Shown here one piece after another: positions 26,414 through 35,680 of a DNA stretch of 64,000 bases. A program made the position numbers and the translations under genes. Under the pieces are notes generated by a model. The model saw nothing but the letters and a program-made list of their open reading frames with translations. It searched no databases and was not told where the DNA came from. Positions within the stretch are counted from its first letter, which is position 1. Each line of letters starts with the position of its first letter. The DNA is from Acidobacteriota bacterium (GTDB taxonomy: Bacteria; Acidobacteriota; UBA6911; RPQK01; JAJDTT01): NCBI GenBank assembly GCA_965217775.1, contig CBDCJH010000002.1, positions 3,318,686 through 3,382,685 of the forward strand, in the 5' to 3' direction.

Positions 26414-27873
26414 GCCTCCTGCGAATTCTGATCCCTCGTCTGGTGCTTCTCTTCCTTCTGACGGACCCTGGCGCAGCCGCGGCCCGGCCCAACGTCGTCT
26501 TCATCCTGACCGACAACCACGGCGCCTGGACCCTCGGCTGCTACGGCAACCAGGACATCCGGACTCCGAATATCGATCGGTTGGCTTCCGAGGGAATGCG
26601 CTTCACCCGGGCAATGAGCAGCAATCCCGTCTGCTCCCCGACCCGCGCCACCTTCCTCACCGGCCTGATCCCGTCGCAGCACGGACTCCATTCCTTCCTC
26701 GACAACAAGTACATGGTCGGCCCCGAGGCCTACTACACCCTGAAGGAGTTCGAGACGCTGCCCCGGATCCTGAACTCGGAAGGGTACGTCTGCGGTCTCA
26801 GTGGCAAGTGGCACCTGGGGGCCAACATGACGCCGCAGGACGGGTTCTCCTACTGGATCACGATGGCGCGGGGAAGTACGAGAAGCTTCTACGAAGACCT
26901 CATCATCCAGGACGGCAAGGTCAGGAAGACCCCCAAGTACATGACCGATCTCTGGACAGAGCATGCGATCCGCTTCATCGAGCAGAACCAGGGTGGTGAG
27001 AAGCCGTTCTTCCTCTACCTAGCCTACAACGGACCCTACGGCCTCGGGCCGCTGCTGCTGGAGCCGGCTCGCAATCGACACGCGGCGTATTACGCGGACA
27101 AGTATCTGCCGTCCTTTCCCAGAGACGCGGTTCACCCCTGGCAGTACAACAACAAGGCCTACCACAACAACATCGTGAGCATCCGGCGGGTCGCCGCCGA
27201 GGTGAGCGCCGTCGATGACGGCGTGGGCGAGATCATGGCAGCTCTGAAGCAGCTGGGGCTGGAGGAGAACACGATCGTGATCTTTGCCGGCGACCAGGGC
27301 TGGATGGGCGGTCAAAACGGATTCTGGGGAATGGGGGATCACACCCGCCCCATCGCGGCGCATGATCTGATGATGCAGATCCCCCTGATCTTCCGCCATC
27401 CACGAGGAATCAAGCCGGGGAAGACCGACATCATGGTCAGCAACTACGACTTCCTTCCCAGTCTTCTGGAGTATCTGGGCCTGAAGCATCGGATTCCCCG
27501 GAAGCCGAAGCTCCCGGGACGCAGCTTCGCCGCCGCCCTGCGAGGCCGGAAGATCGATTGGGAGACGCGGATGTTCTACGAGATGGAGGGCTGCCGCTCG
27601 GTGCGCACCGAGGACTGGAAGTACGTGGCGCGCCGGCAGCCGGACGGGCCGGCCGAGCTCTACGACATGGTCAACGATCCGCAGGAGAGGTTCAATCTCT
27701 ACGGCCAGCCGCAGCACGCGAGCATTCAGCAGGAGATGGCCGAGGAGCTCCGCCGCTTCTTCGAGGAATACGCCGACCCTCAATACGACATCTGGAAGGG
27801 AGGCCGTTCCAAGGCGCGAAGGCTCCTGGCCCCGGTCGGCCACCCGGACTACCGTCCGCTCCGGAAACAATAG
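26410..27873 (+). CDS. S1 sulfatase, canonical CSPTR motif
   Basis: Its ATG overlaps the upstream TGA (ATGA). Blocks NVVFILTDNHGAW, NPVCSPTRATFLTGLIP, GKWHLG, GDQGW, ELYDMVNDPQE. Confidence 0.92.
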   Translation: MSLLRILIPRLVLLFLLTDPGAAAARPNVVFILTDNHGAWTLGCYGNQDIRTPNIDRLASEGMRFTRAMSSNPVCSPTRATFLTGLIPSQHGLHSFLDNKYMVGPEAYYTLKEFETLPRILNSEGYVCGLSGKWHLGANMTPQDGFSYWITMARGSTRSFYEDLIIQDGKVRKTPKYMTDLWTEHAIRFIEQNQGGEKPFFLYLAYNGPYGLGPLLLEPARNRHAAYYADKYLPSFPRDAVHPWQYNNKAYHNNIVSIRRVAAEVSAVDDGVGEIMAALKQLGLEENTIVIFAGDQGWMGGQNGFWGMGDHTRPIAAHDLMMQIPLIFRHPRGIKPGKTDIMVSNYDFLPSLLEYLGLKHRIPRKPKLPGRSFAAALRGRKIDWETRMFYEMEGCRSVRTEDWKYVARRQPDGPAELYDMVNDPQERFNLYGQPQHASIQQEMAEELRRFFEEYADPQYDIWKGGRSKARRLLAPVGHPDYRPLRKQ

Positions 27874-27951
27874 AGGGGAAGAGAGGTGATCCCGATGAGA
27901 GGTCGTCCACGGGGGACCCGTTCCACGGTGCCGGGGATCTTCCTGCTGCGG

Positions 27952-29418
27952 ATGATGCTCCGCACGATTGTTCCTTTGCTGGCGCTCCTCGCCGTTATGC
28001 CTGCTGTTGCGCAAGAGAACGCGCGGCCGAACTTCCTGGTCGTGCTGGCGGACGATCTGGGCTATGGCGACCTGGCTGGTTACGGTCATCCCAGAATCAA
28101 GACACCGAACCTGGATCAGTTGGCGCGCGAAGGACTGCGGTTAACGAGCTGTTACGCGGCGGCGCCGAATTGCTCCCCGGCGCGGACTGGCTTCATGACG
28201 GGGCGGACACCCTATCGGGCCGGCGTGCACAACTGGATTCCCATGTTCTCGCCGGTGCACCTCCGGAGGGAAGAGATCACGGTCGCGACGCTGCTGCGGG
28301 ACGCTGGATACGACACGTGTCACGTCGGCAAATGGCATCTCAACGGTGACTTCAATCTGCCGACTCAGCCGCAACCCCGGGACCATGGCTTCAACTACTG
28401 GTTTTCCACGCAGAACAATGCCCTGCCGAACCACCGCAATCCCGACAACTTCGTCCGCAACGGCAGACCGGCTGGCCAACTCAGGGGCTATGCCGCCCCA
28501 CTGGTGACCGACGAGGCCATTCACTGGCTGAAGCACGTCCGGGACAAGACGAAGCCGTTCTTCATCTACGTCTGCTACCACGAGCCACACGAGCCGATCG
28601 CGAGCGACGAGCGTTTCACCGATCTCTATGCTTCCGACGACCCCAGTTATCGAGCTCATCACGGCAACATCACGCAACTCGACGATTCCTTTGGAAGGCT
28701 GGCCCAGACCATCGACGAGCTTGGTTTGCGCGACAACACCTTCGTCTTCTTCACCAGCGACAACGGGCCGGCGATCACGGGAATTCACCCGCATGGATCG
28801 GCGGGCCCCTTGCGCGACAAGAAGGGATATCTCTACGAGGGCGGCATCCGCGTCCCGGGCATCATCCGGTGGCCGGGGCAGGTAGAGGCGGGATCCGAGT
28901 CGGACGTTGCCGTCAGCGGCGTCGATCTACTGCCGACGCTCTGCGATCTCGCCGGCGTGGCCGTTCCCGGCAACCGTGCCTTCGACGGCATCAGCATTCG
29001 ACCTCTGCTGGCGGGAGAATCGCTGGAGCGGACGACACCACTCTATTGGCACTTCCTGCGCGCCCGCGGAAAGCCCAAAGTCGCCATGCGCTCAGGGGAC
29101 TGGAAGATCCTCGCGCATCTGGACCAGCCCGACCTGCGGGTCACTGCCGACATCGTGCCCGATGAGATGCGGATGCTGAAGACTGCGAGCCTGGCGCGGT
29201 TCGAACTGTACAATCTTCGCGACGACCTTGGTGAAACCAGGGACTTGGCGGAACGAGAGCCGCAGCAGCTTGCCAGACTTGCTGATCAGTTGCGGTCGAT
29301 GTATGCGGAGGTCCAGGCGGAGAGCCCGGTGTGGCCCGCCTGGAAGTGGCCCCGATACGAGGCGCAACGGATCGAGTGGCCACCGTACCGCAATCGGCCC
29401 AAGCCCGGGAACAAGTGA
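27952..29418 (+). CDS. S1 sulfatase, canonical CSPAR motif
   Basis: Signal peptide MMLRTIVPLLALLAVMPAVAQ. Blocks NFLVVLADDLGYGD, APNCSPARTGFMTGRTP, GKWHL, TSDNGP, KGYLYEGGIRVP. An upstream ATG at 27886 is also possible. Confidence 0.9.
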   Translation: MMLRTIVPLLALLAVMPAVAQENARPNFLVVLADDLGYGDLAGYGHPRIKTPNLDQLAREGLRLTSCYAAAPNCSPARTGFMTGRTPYRAGVHNWIPMFSPVHLRREEITVATLLRDAGYDTCHVGKWHLNGDFNLPTQPQPRDHGFNYWFSTQNNALPNHRNPDNFVRNGRPAGQLRGYAAPLVTDEAIHWLKHVRDKTKPFFIYVCYHEPHEPIASDERFTDLYASDDPSYRAHHGNITQLDDSFGRLAQTIDELGLRDNTFVFFTSDNGPAITGIHPHGSAGPLRDKKGYLYEGGIRVPGIIRWPGQVEAGSESDVAVSGVDLLPTLCDLAGVAVPGNRAFDGISIRPLLAGESLERTTPLYWHFLRARGKPKVAMRSGDWKILAHLDQPDLRVTADIVPDEMRMLKTASLARFELYNLRDDLGETRDLAEREPQQLARLADQLRSMYAEVQAESPVWPAWKWPRYEAQRIEWPPYRNRPKPGNK

Positions 29419-29501
29419 GGCCTTCCGGTCGCCACCTGGTTCCACATAGTGGTCTCGGGTTCGGATCCGTACCAAACTTGCGCATCGAGAGCTCGACCGG
29501 A

Positions 29502-31007
29502 CTACCACTCCAGGCGGGTGTCGTCAGGACCGAGCTCCCCGGGGCCCCGAATTTCTCGACCTTCCCGTTCGGTGAGTTTGTCCCCCAGCTCGTCCCGGAC
29601 CTGGGCCGCGAATCGCTCCAGCCGCTCCACCACCTCGGGATGCTGAGAAGCGAGATCGGAGGTCTCTCTCAGGTCCTGCTTCAGGTCGAAGAGCTCCAGT
29701 CCGGTCGCGGCCTGATCGTAGGGGACCGGGTGGCCGCCGGTCCCTCCGGCTCGACCCGACAGGGTTCGGTATTCGTGGGGAAAGTGAAGCTTCCAGCGGC
29801 GGTCCCGCACGGCCTGCAATTGACCGTTCCGATAATAGGAATAGAAGACCTCGTGAGGCGAGCGAGCCCCAGGTTCCGCGAACATCAGGGATCGGATGTC
29901 CCTGCCATCGATCTTGTGTCCGGGCAGCACCGCACCGATCAGAGCGGCGACCGTGGGAAAGACATCGATCGTCGCGGCCAGTTCGTTGCACTCCGCACCC
30001 GCCGGGATCCGTCCCGGCCAGCGCATCAGGGTGGGGACCCGGATTCCCCCTTCGAACGACGTGCCCTTGCCCTCCCGCAGGGGAGCCGCGGACCCGGCGT
30101 GATCCCCGTAGCTGAGCCAGGGCCCGTTGTCGGAAGTGAAGATCATCAGAGTGTGCCGGTCCAGATCGGTGCGTTTCAGGGCATCGAGAATCTGTCCCAC
30201 GGACCAGTCGATCTCCATTACGACGTCGCCAAACAGACCTCGCTCGCTACGTCCCTTGAACTTGTCGGATACGTAGAGTGGGACATGGACCATGCTGTGA
30301 GGCAGGTACAGCAGGAAGGGCCGATCCCGGTTCCGCTCGATGAAATCCAGGGCACGCTCGGTGTACTGGGTCGTGAGCAGTCTCTGGTCTTCCCCCGTGA
30401 CCTTGGGATTGACGACCTGGTTGCCCTCGATCAGGGGCAGATCGGGAAACCGATCCCCGGAGGTGGGGTGTTCGGGCCACATGTCATTGGAATAGGGGAG
30501 GCCGTAATACTCGTCGAAGCCATTCTGCAGCGGCAGGAACTTGGGATGGTGGCCCAGGTGCCATTTCCCGAAGCACGCCGTGGCATAACCCTGGCTTCGA
30601 CACAGTTCACCGAGGGTAACTTCCTGCTCGTGGATGCCGATGTCGGCGCTGGGCCCCAGAGCACCCGACAAGCCAAGTCGGCGATGATAGCAGCCGGTCA
30701 TCAAGGCCGCCCGGGATGCCGTGCACACCGCAGACGAAACCTGGAAGTCCGTGAATCGGATGCCCTCCGCCGCCATGCGGTCCAGATTGGGTGTCGGGTA
30801 ACCCTGGGCGCCGAAGGGGCCGATGTCGGCGTAGCCCATGTCGTCGATGAATACCAGAACGATGTTGGGCGGGCGGGCTTCCAAAGTGTCGGGTGGGCGG
30901 GTTTGCGAACACCCGGAGAATAAGAGAACAGCTACCATCAACAAACCCCAAAGCACACTGGAATGAGATCTCAACGCGATTCCTCCTTTGCCCTTCAAGG
31001 CGAGCAT
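29502..31007 (-). CDS. S1 sulfatase (lipoprotein), C-T-A-S-R motif variant
   Basis: Lipobox LFSGC. Blocks [56 protein letters not shown]. The ORF-track start at 31133 runs through motif copies (d), so ATG 31007 was chosen. Confidence 0.9.
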   Translation of the reverse strand: MLALKGKGGIALRSHSSVLWGLLMVAVLLFSGCSQTRPPDTLEARPPNIVLVFIDDMGYADIGPFGAQGYPTPNLDRMAAEGIRFTDFQVSSAVCTASRAALMTGCYHRRLGLSGALGPSADIGIHEQEVTLGELCRSQGYATACFGKWHLGHHPKFLPLQNGFDEYYGLPYSNDMWPEHPTSGDRFPDLPLIEGNQVVNPKVTGEDQRLLTTQYTERALDFIERNRDRPFLLYLPHSMVHVPLYVSDKFKGRSERGLFGDVVMEIDWSVGQILDALKRTDLDRHTLMIFTSDNGPWLSYGDHAGSAAPLREGKGTSFEGGIRVPTLMRWPGRIPAGAECNELAATIDVFPTVAALIGAVLPGHKIDGRDIRSLMFAEPGARSPHEVFYSYYRNGQLQAVRDRRWKLHFPHEYRTLSGRAGGTGGHPVPYDQAATGLELFDLKQDLRETSDLASQHPEVVERLERFAAQVRDELGDKLTEREGREIRGPGELGPDDTRLEW

Positions 31008-31059
31008 AATCCGTCCCAAGAGATTGAAGCACGGAGACCCGGCACTGCCCCCCCTGCCC

Positions 31060-31116
31060 GGAAGAAACAGACCGTCCCCTTTTCGGTCGGAAAAACAGAC
31101 TGTCCCCTTTTCGGTC
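31060..31116 (+). promoter_or_regulatory. copies (d1, d2) of conserved intergenic motif, direct tandem
   Basis: GGAAGAAACAGACCGTCCCCTTTTCGGTC followed directly by GGAAAAACAGACTGTCCCCTTTTCGGTC. They lie in the divergent region between the sulfatase (minus strand) and the MFS gene (plus strand). Confidence 0.55.
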
Positions 31117-31170
31117 CTTTCGAGTCCAGACATCGGATTGAAGGGTTTTTAGCGGCGACCCCGGGCCGCC

Positions 31171-32463
31171 GTGAGAGCCGAAATTCAAAAGAAAGCATAC
31201 TTTGGTCTAAAGTCCAGGGCGACGACTGATACCATTCGAGCAGTTGTGAACTTTCTCCTTCCAACTACCGTTGCCTGTTTACTGGTCACCGGCATGGGTC
31301 TTGCCCTGCTGGGCAGCGTGAAACTGGCGCTCGCGCAGAAGCTCCGGATCGACGAGGCCCAGGTCGGCGGGTTGGTGTCGCTTTTCGGGTTCACCATGAT
31401 TCCGGTGATCCTCACAACCGGCTTTCTGACCGATCTGATGGGGCGGCAGGTGATCCTGATCGGCGGGACCATCCTGATGGCTCTCGGCCTGCTGGTGCTG
31501 GCAGCCTCGCGCCGCTACGCCACAGCCCTGGTTTCGGTGCTCCTGCTCAGTGCCGCCTGGGCGGCGCAGATCAACGTGATCAATGTGCTGGTGCCTCACG
31601 TGCTGCAGCCTCCCGCCTTTCTCTCCGGGGATATTCCGGCGATCTCGTTTGCCACGAACCTGGGGAACGTGTTCTTCGGCCTGGGTGCATTCCTGACTCC
31701 GCTGACGGTTTCCTGGGCGTCTAGCCGCCTCGGACTCGCTTCGGGCCTGCGGCTGCTGGCCGGACTGCTGGTCCTCCAGGCGGTGATGGCAGGGTTGTCC
31801 GAGTTTCCCGCGGCGATGTCGGCGGGAGAGGGAGGCAGCGTCATGAGCTCGGAGACCTGGTCGCTGCTGGGCGATCCGATCATGTGGCTCTGCGCCATGG
31901 CGTTGTTCTTTCATGGTCCGCTGGAGGCGGCGATGGGTGCCTGGACCACCACCTTCCTGGGCAACAGAGGGGTTCCCGAGGCCAGGGCGGCGACCCTGCT
32001 GTCGGCCTTCTGGCTGGCCTTCATGGCGTCGCGCCTGTTCACCGCATTCGTGCTGGGTCCGTCTACCGCGCGAGTCGTCTCCGGACTGGGACTGGAAACC
32101 CGGAGCGAAGCGGTGCTGATCCTGGTCCTGGCATTGGGCTGTGTGGGGGTCACCTCGGGCGTGGTCTGGTGTCGGACCCAGCGGACGGCGATCGCTCTCG
32201 TCATCGCGGCGGGCCTGGTCTTCGGTCCGATCTTTCCCTCGATCATGGCGATTCTGCTAGGTCATTTCCCGGGGCCGGTGCAGGGACGCGCGGTCGGATT
32301 GTTGTTCGCCATCGGCGGCCTGGGCTGGACCTTTATTCCCATGTCGATCGGTACCTATGCACAGCGGACGAACGTGCAGAGGGGTTTCCTGATCGCGGTC
32401 GGGTCGGCGGTCGCCCTGTTCCTGGTGGCTGGGCTCCTGACCCTGACGGCCACCACGGGCTGA
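31171..32463 (+). CDS. MFS transporter
   Basis: About 12 hydrophobic segments and the typical MFS loop TGFLTDLMGRQ after TM2. The start is uncertain (GTG 31171 or GTG 31246). Confidence 0.8.
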   Translation: MRAEIQKKAYFGLKSRATTDTIRAVVNFLLPTTVACLLVTGMGLALLGSVKLALAQKLRIDEAQVGGLVSLFGFTMIPVILTTGFLTDLMGRQVILIGGTILMALGLLVLAASRRYATALVSVLLLSAAWAAQINVINVLVPHVLQPPAFLSGDIPAISFATNLGNVFFGLGAFLTPLTVSWASSRLGLASGLRLLAGLLVLQAVMAGLSEFPAAMSAGEGGSVMSSETWSLLGDPIMWLCAMALFFHGPLEAAMGAWTTTFLGNRGVPEARAATLLSAFWLAFMASRLFTAFVLGPSTARVVSGLGLETRSEAVLILVLALGCVGVTSGVVWCRTQRTAIALVIAAGLVFGPIFPSIMAILLGHFPGPVQGRAVGLLFAIGGLGWTFIPMSIGTYAQRTNVQRGFLIAVGSAVALFLVAGLLTLTATTG

Positions 32464-32710
32464 GTACGAAGCTCGATCCCGCCCGATCTGATCCCAGCTT
32501 TACCTATGAAGGATCGCAAGCGATTGACGGGCGTCCGTTACGGTGCGAAGCTGCGGAATAGGCGAGGGCTCTCGGATGCCTACCCTCCGAGGCGGAGAGG
32601 ATTGTGCGGTTGTCCGACTCCATCCAGCACGCACGGATTCAATAACGGTCCGACTCTCTTGCCGGAACCTACGGACCGGATCACTTCGGGGTGAAGTGGA
32701 GAATTCCACT

Positions 32711-33865
32711 ATGAGACCCACAACCCATTTTTTCTGGACCGCCGCGGTGCTTCTAGCCTCTCTTTCGGCGTCGAGCGCCCAACCCTTGATCGACCATGTC
32801 GATGTCTTCGCCTCCGGGAGCGAGGGCTATCACACCTTCCGGATTCCAGCGATCGTGCGAGCGCCGGACGGTTCGCTACTGGCCTTCGCGGAGGGTCGCA
32901 AGGAGAATCGCCGCGACCCCGGAGGAGGCGACATCGATCTGGTCTACAAGCGAAGCAAGGATCGCGGCGCCAGTTGGTCCCCGCTAAAGATCGTGGACGA
33001 CCCCGGCGTGGGGTGGAGCGCTTCCAACCCGACCCCCGTCATCGAGCGGAACAGCAGCCGTATTCTGATTGTCTACAACCGTTGGGAGCCGGGCTTCGGA
33101 ACCGCCCTTTCCCGGCCCGGGACCGACAACAACCAGGCGTGGTTCCGGTACAGCGACGACCACGGCGGCAACTGGTCGGAACCTCGGGAGATCACCCGGG
33201 AGGCGAGGGATCATGAGGACTGGGGAGCCATGTTCCTGGGTCCCGGAGGGGCGATCCAGACGCGCAGCGGTCGGCTGCTGGTTCCCGCCGCGGCCAAGAT
33301 CGGAACGGCCTTCTCGATCCTGGTGTCCGCCGACCAGGAACCTCGGACCGCCACCTACATGCGCGCCTACGTCCTGTTCAGCGACGACCGGGGCGAAACC
33401 TGGAGCCGAGGAGAATTGGTCGACGCTCTCACGGACGAGAATCAATTGGTCGAACTGGCCGACGGGACCATCTTGATGGACGCCCGGCAGAGCCGCGGCG
33501 GCCGGCGCTGGGTTGCGATCAGCGGCGACGGAGGAAGCACCTGGTCCCGGCCGCGACCTGGACAAGAAGTCACCAGGGTCGCCACGGCCATCGAACGCTA
33601 CAGCCTGCACTCCGCGGGCGCCGGACGGAATCGAATCCTGTGGACGGGCCCCAAGGGACCCGGCCGCCTCAACCTCGTTCTACGGGTCAGCGACGATGAA
33701 GGGCAGACCTTCGGCCGGGAGAAACTCCTCTACGGAGGATTCTCAGCCTACTCCGACCTGGAGATGTTGGATGACGGGTCGGTCGGGGTATTGTGGGAGA
33801 GAGGGCTCAGTGCGAGCTACCAATTCATCACCTTCACCCGATTCCGCCTGGAAGCCCTGGAGTGA
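32711..33865 (+). CDS. GH33 exo-alpha-sialidase
   Basis: Signal peptide, FRIP motif, and Asp-boxes SKDRGASW, SDDHGGNW, SDDRGETW, SGDGGSTW, SDDEGQTF. Confidence 0.88.
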   Translation: MRPTTHFFWTAAVLLASLSASSAQPLIDHVDVFASGSEGYHTFRIPAIVRAPDGSLLAFAEGRKENRRDPGGGDIDLVYKRSKDRGASWSPLKIVDDPGVGWSASNPTPVIERNSSRILIVYNRWEPGFGTALSRPGTDNNQAWFRYSDDHGGNWSEPREITREARDHEDWGAMFLGPGGAIQTRSGRLLVPAAAKIGTAFSILVSADQEPRTATYMRAYVLFSDDRGETWSRGELVDALTDENQLVELADGTILMDARQSRGGRRWVAISGDGGSTWSRPRPGQEVTRVATAIERYSLHSAGAGRNRILWTGPKGPGRLNLVLRVSDDEGQTFGREKLLYGGFSAYSDLEMLDDGSVGVLWERGLSASYQFITFTRFRLEALE

Positions 33866-33886
33866 GGACGGACCTCACGGGGCCAC

Positions 33887-35533
33887 ATGACTCTCCCCCT
33901 CCGTGAGGACGCCGCCCCGGCGGCGCGGGCCGTAAAAACCGCTGCCCCGAGTTGGCATGCCATGAAGCCGATGGATCTGAAAGGCTCTATGGAACTGGCC
34001 GGCCGAAACTTGGTGGCGAACCTCTGTCCTACGCGCAACTACCTCCCCTATTGGGCGATCGAAATCGACTCCGGTTATGGAGCCTGGGCGCGCTTCACCT
34101 GGCCCCAGCACAACGTCGGCCGATGGTGGGATGCGATGCTGCGGCTGGAGGCCGCGACCGGATTCCGGATTCCGCCCGATCGGGAAGCCGCCATGTTGGG
34201 CAATCTGCACTCCTTTTTCGACAACCCCGATCACTTCTGCCTCGCTCCTCGCCATTTCGAGGGGCCCGGACTGGAGCTCCACTCCCTGAGAGAGGGTCTG
34301 CAGGCCCTGGTCGCGCTGGCGCGCCACCGGAACAGCCGTTGGGCGGAGCGGAAGGGCCGGCTGATGATCGAATCCCTCCTGCGGGTATCCGACGGGAAGG
34401 GAGGTTGGAAGCTCCAGGAGATCGACTCTGCCCGGCATTTCGACAAAGGGTATTACCAGAAGGTCAAGCCGGTGAGCAGTAGCACGGACGGACGGTTGAT
34501 CGAGGCCCTGGTCTGGTTCTATCAGTCCACGCACGATCCCCTGGCGCTGGCTGCGGCCCGGCGCTTTGCCAAGTACCACCTTCCGCACACGACCCATCCT
34601 GACGGCCGCCTGAACCTCGCTTCGGGATCGAATCACACCCATTCGTATTTCGGGACGCTCCGGGGTTTGCTTCTCTACGGCGAACTCACGGATCAGCACG
34701 GGTACGTCGATGCGGTAGAGTCGACATATCGGAGGACGGTTCGCACGATGGTCAAGAGATCGGGATTCATCTCCCACGACCTGGGAATGGACAACCGGGG
34801 AGAGACGGCTTCCCCTGGCGACGCCGCTCAACTGGCTCTGTGGCTGGCAACCCGGCACGGCTTCACGGAGTACCTCGACGATGTGGAGCGGATCGTCCGA
34901 GCACGGATCCTCCCTTCACAGGTCACAGAGACGCCGCCACTCCATCCCTCATCGGACGGGGACGGGGACGGGGACGGCGACGAATACCGGAATCTCCGGG
35001 CCCGTGTCCTGGGAGCCTACGGGGGCATGCACCTGGAACCCCATTCCGGCACCAAACCCACCACCGATGTCACGGCAGCCTGCCTCCACACTCTTGCGGA
35101 CATCTATCACCACGTCCTCTTGAGGGGCGATTCCGGACTGAAGATCCTGCTGCACCTGGACTACGAAGATTCGAGAGCCCGAATCCGATCCCGGAGAGGA
35201 GAGAGAACGGGCCGCCTGACGGTGCTGCCCCGAATCCGGGAGAATGTCCTGATCCGTATCCCTCGATGGACGCCCCTGAGTTCGGTCCGTCTCAGGGTAC
35301 GCGGCGCTCCGCTCGACCCGAAAATCTATGGAGACTTCGTCCTCATCGCCGGGAATCTCATGCCGGCGGAAATCACCCTCGAATACGGCCTGCCCGTGAC
35401 CCGGGAGGTCGAACGGACGACCGGTGTGGATTACCATTTGATGTGGCGGGGCGACGAAGTCATCGGGATCACGCCCAACAACCGCTTCTATCCCTTCTAC
35501 CCGGACTATCCTGGTGAGACGGAAACAGAATGA
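33887..35533 (+). CDS. hypothetical protein, possibly an alpha/alpha-toroid glycoside hydrolase/lyase-like fold
   Basis: Long ORF with codon usage like its neighbours and no motif I can assign. The helix-rich repeats (..WWDAMLRLEAATG.., ..LIEALVWFYQSTHDPLALAAARRFAKY.., ..AAQLALWLATRHG..) suggest an (alpha/alpha)6-type fold. Contains a DGDGDGDGDE stretch. Confidence 0.5.
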   Translation: MTLPLREDAAPAARAVKTAAPSWHAMKPMDLKGSMELAGRNLVANLCPTRNYLPYWAIEIDSGYGAWARFTWPQHNVGRWWDAMLRLEAATGFRIPPDREAAMLGNLHSFFDNPDHFCLAPRHFEGPGLELHSLREGLQALVALARHRNSRWAERKGRLMIESLLRVSDGKGGWKLQEIDSARHFDKGYYQKVKPVSSSTDGRLIEALVWFYQSTHDPLALAAARRFAKYHLPHTTHPDGRLNLASGSNHTHSYFGTLRGLLLYGELTDQHGYVDAVESTYRRTVRTMVKRSGFISHDLGMDNRGETASPGDAAQLALWLATRHGFTEYLDDVERIVRARILPSQVTETPPLHPSSDGDGDGDGDEYRNLRARVLGAYGGMHLEPHSGTKPTTDVTAACLHTLADIYHHVLLRGDSGLKILLHLDYEDSRARIRSRRGERTGRLTVLPRIRENVLIRIPRWTPLSSVRLRVRGAPLDPKIYGDFVLIAGNLMPAEITLEYGLPVTREVERTTGVDYHLMWRGDEVIGITPNNRFYPFYPDYPGETETE

Positions 35534-35680
35534 ATCGATCCGCGGTGCCCTAAGCCGACGGGGCTCACCCGCGGCTCCGTCTGGAACCGGAAAGACCCCG
35601 CTCCGCTTGCTGAGCGAAGCTGGCCGTCCGGTTTCCATGAGGCGACCTGGATCCAACCTGCCTGGAAAGGAGGAGTAGCC

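Noticed and set aside
29419-29501. GGGTTCGGATCC, resembling a tRNA T-arm, in the convergent gap between two sulfatases
   Set aside because: The gap is only 83 bp. No acceptor stem, D-arm or anticodon arm can be drawn. No tRNA-like cloverleaf was found elsewhere either.
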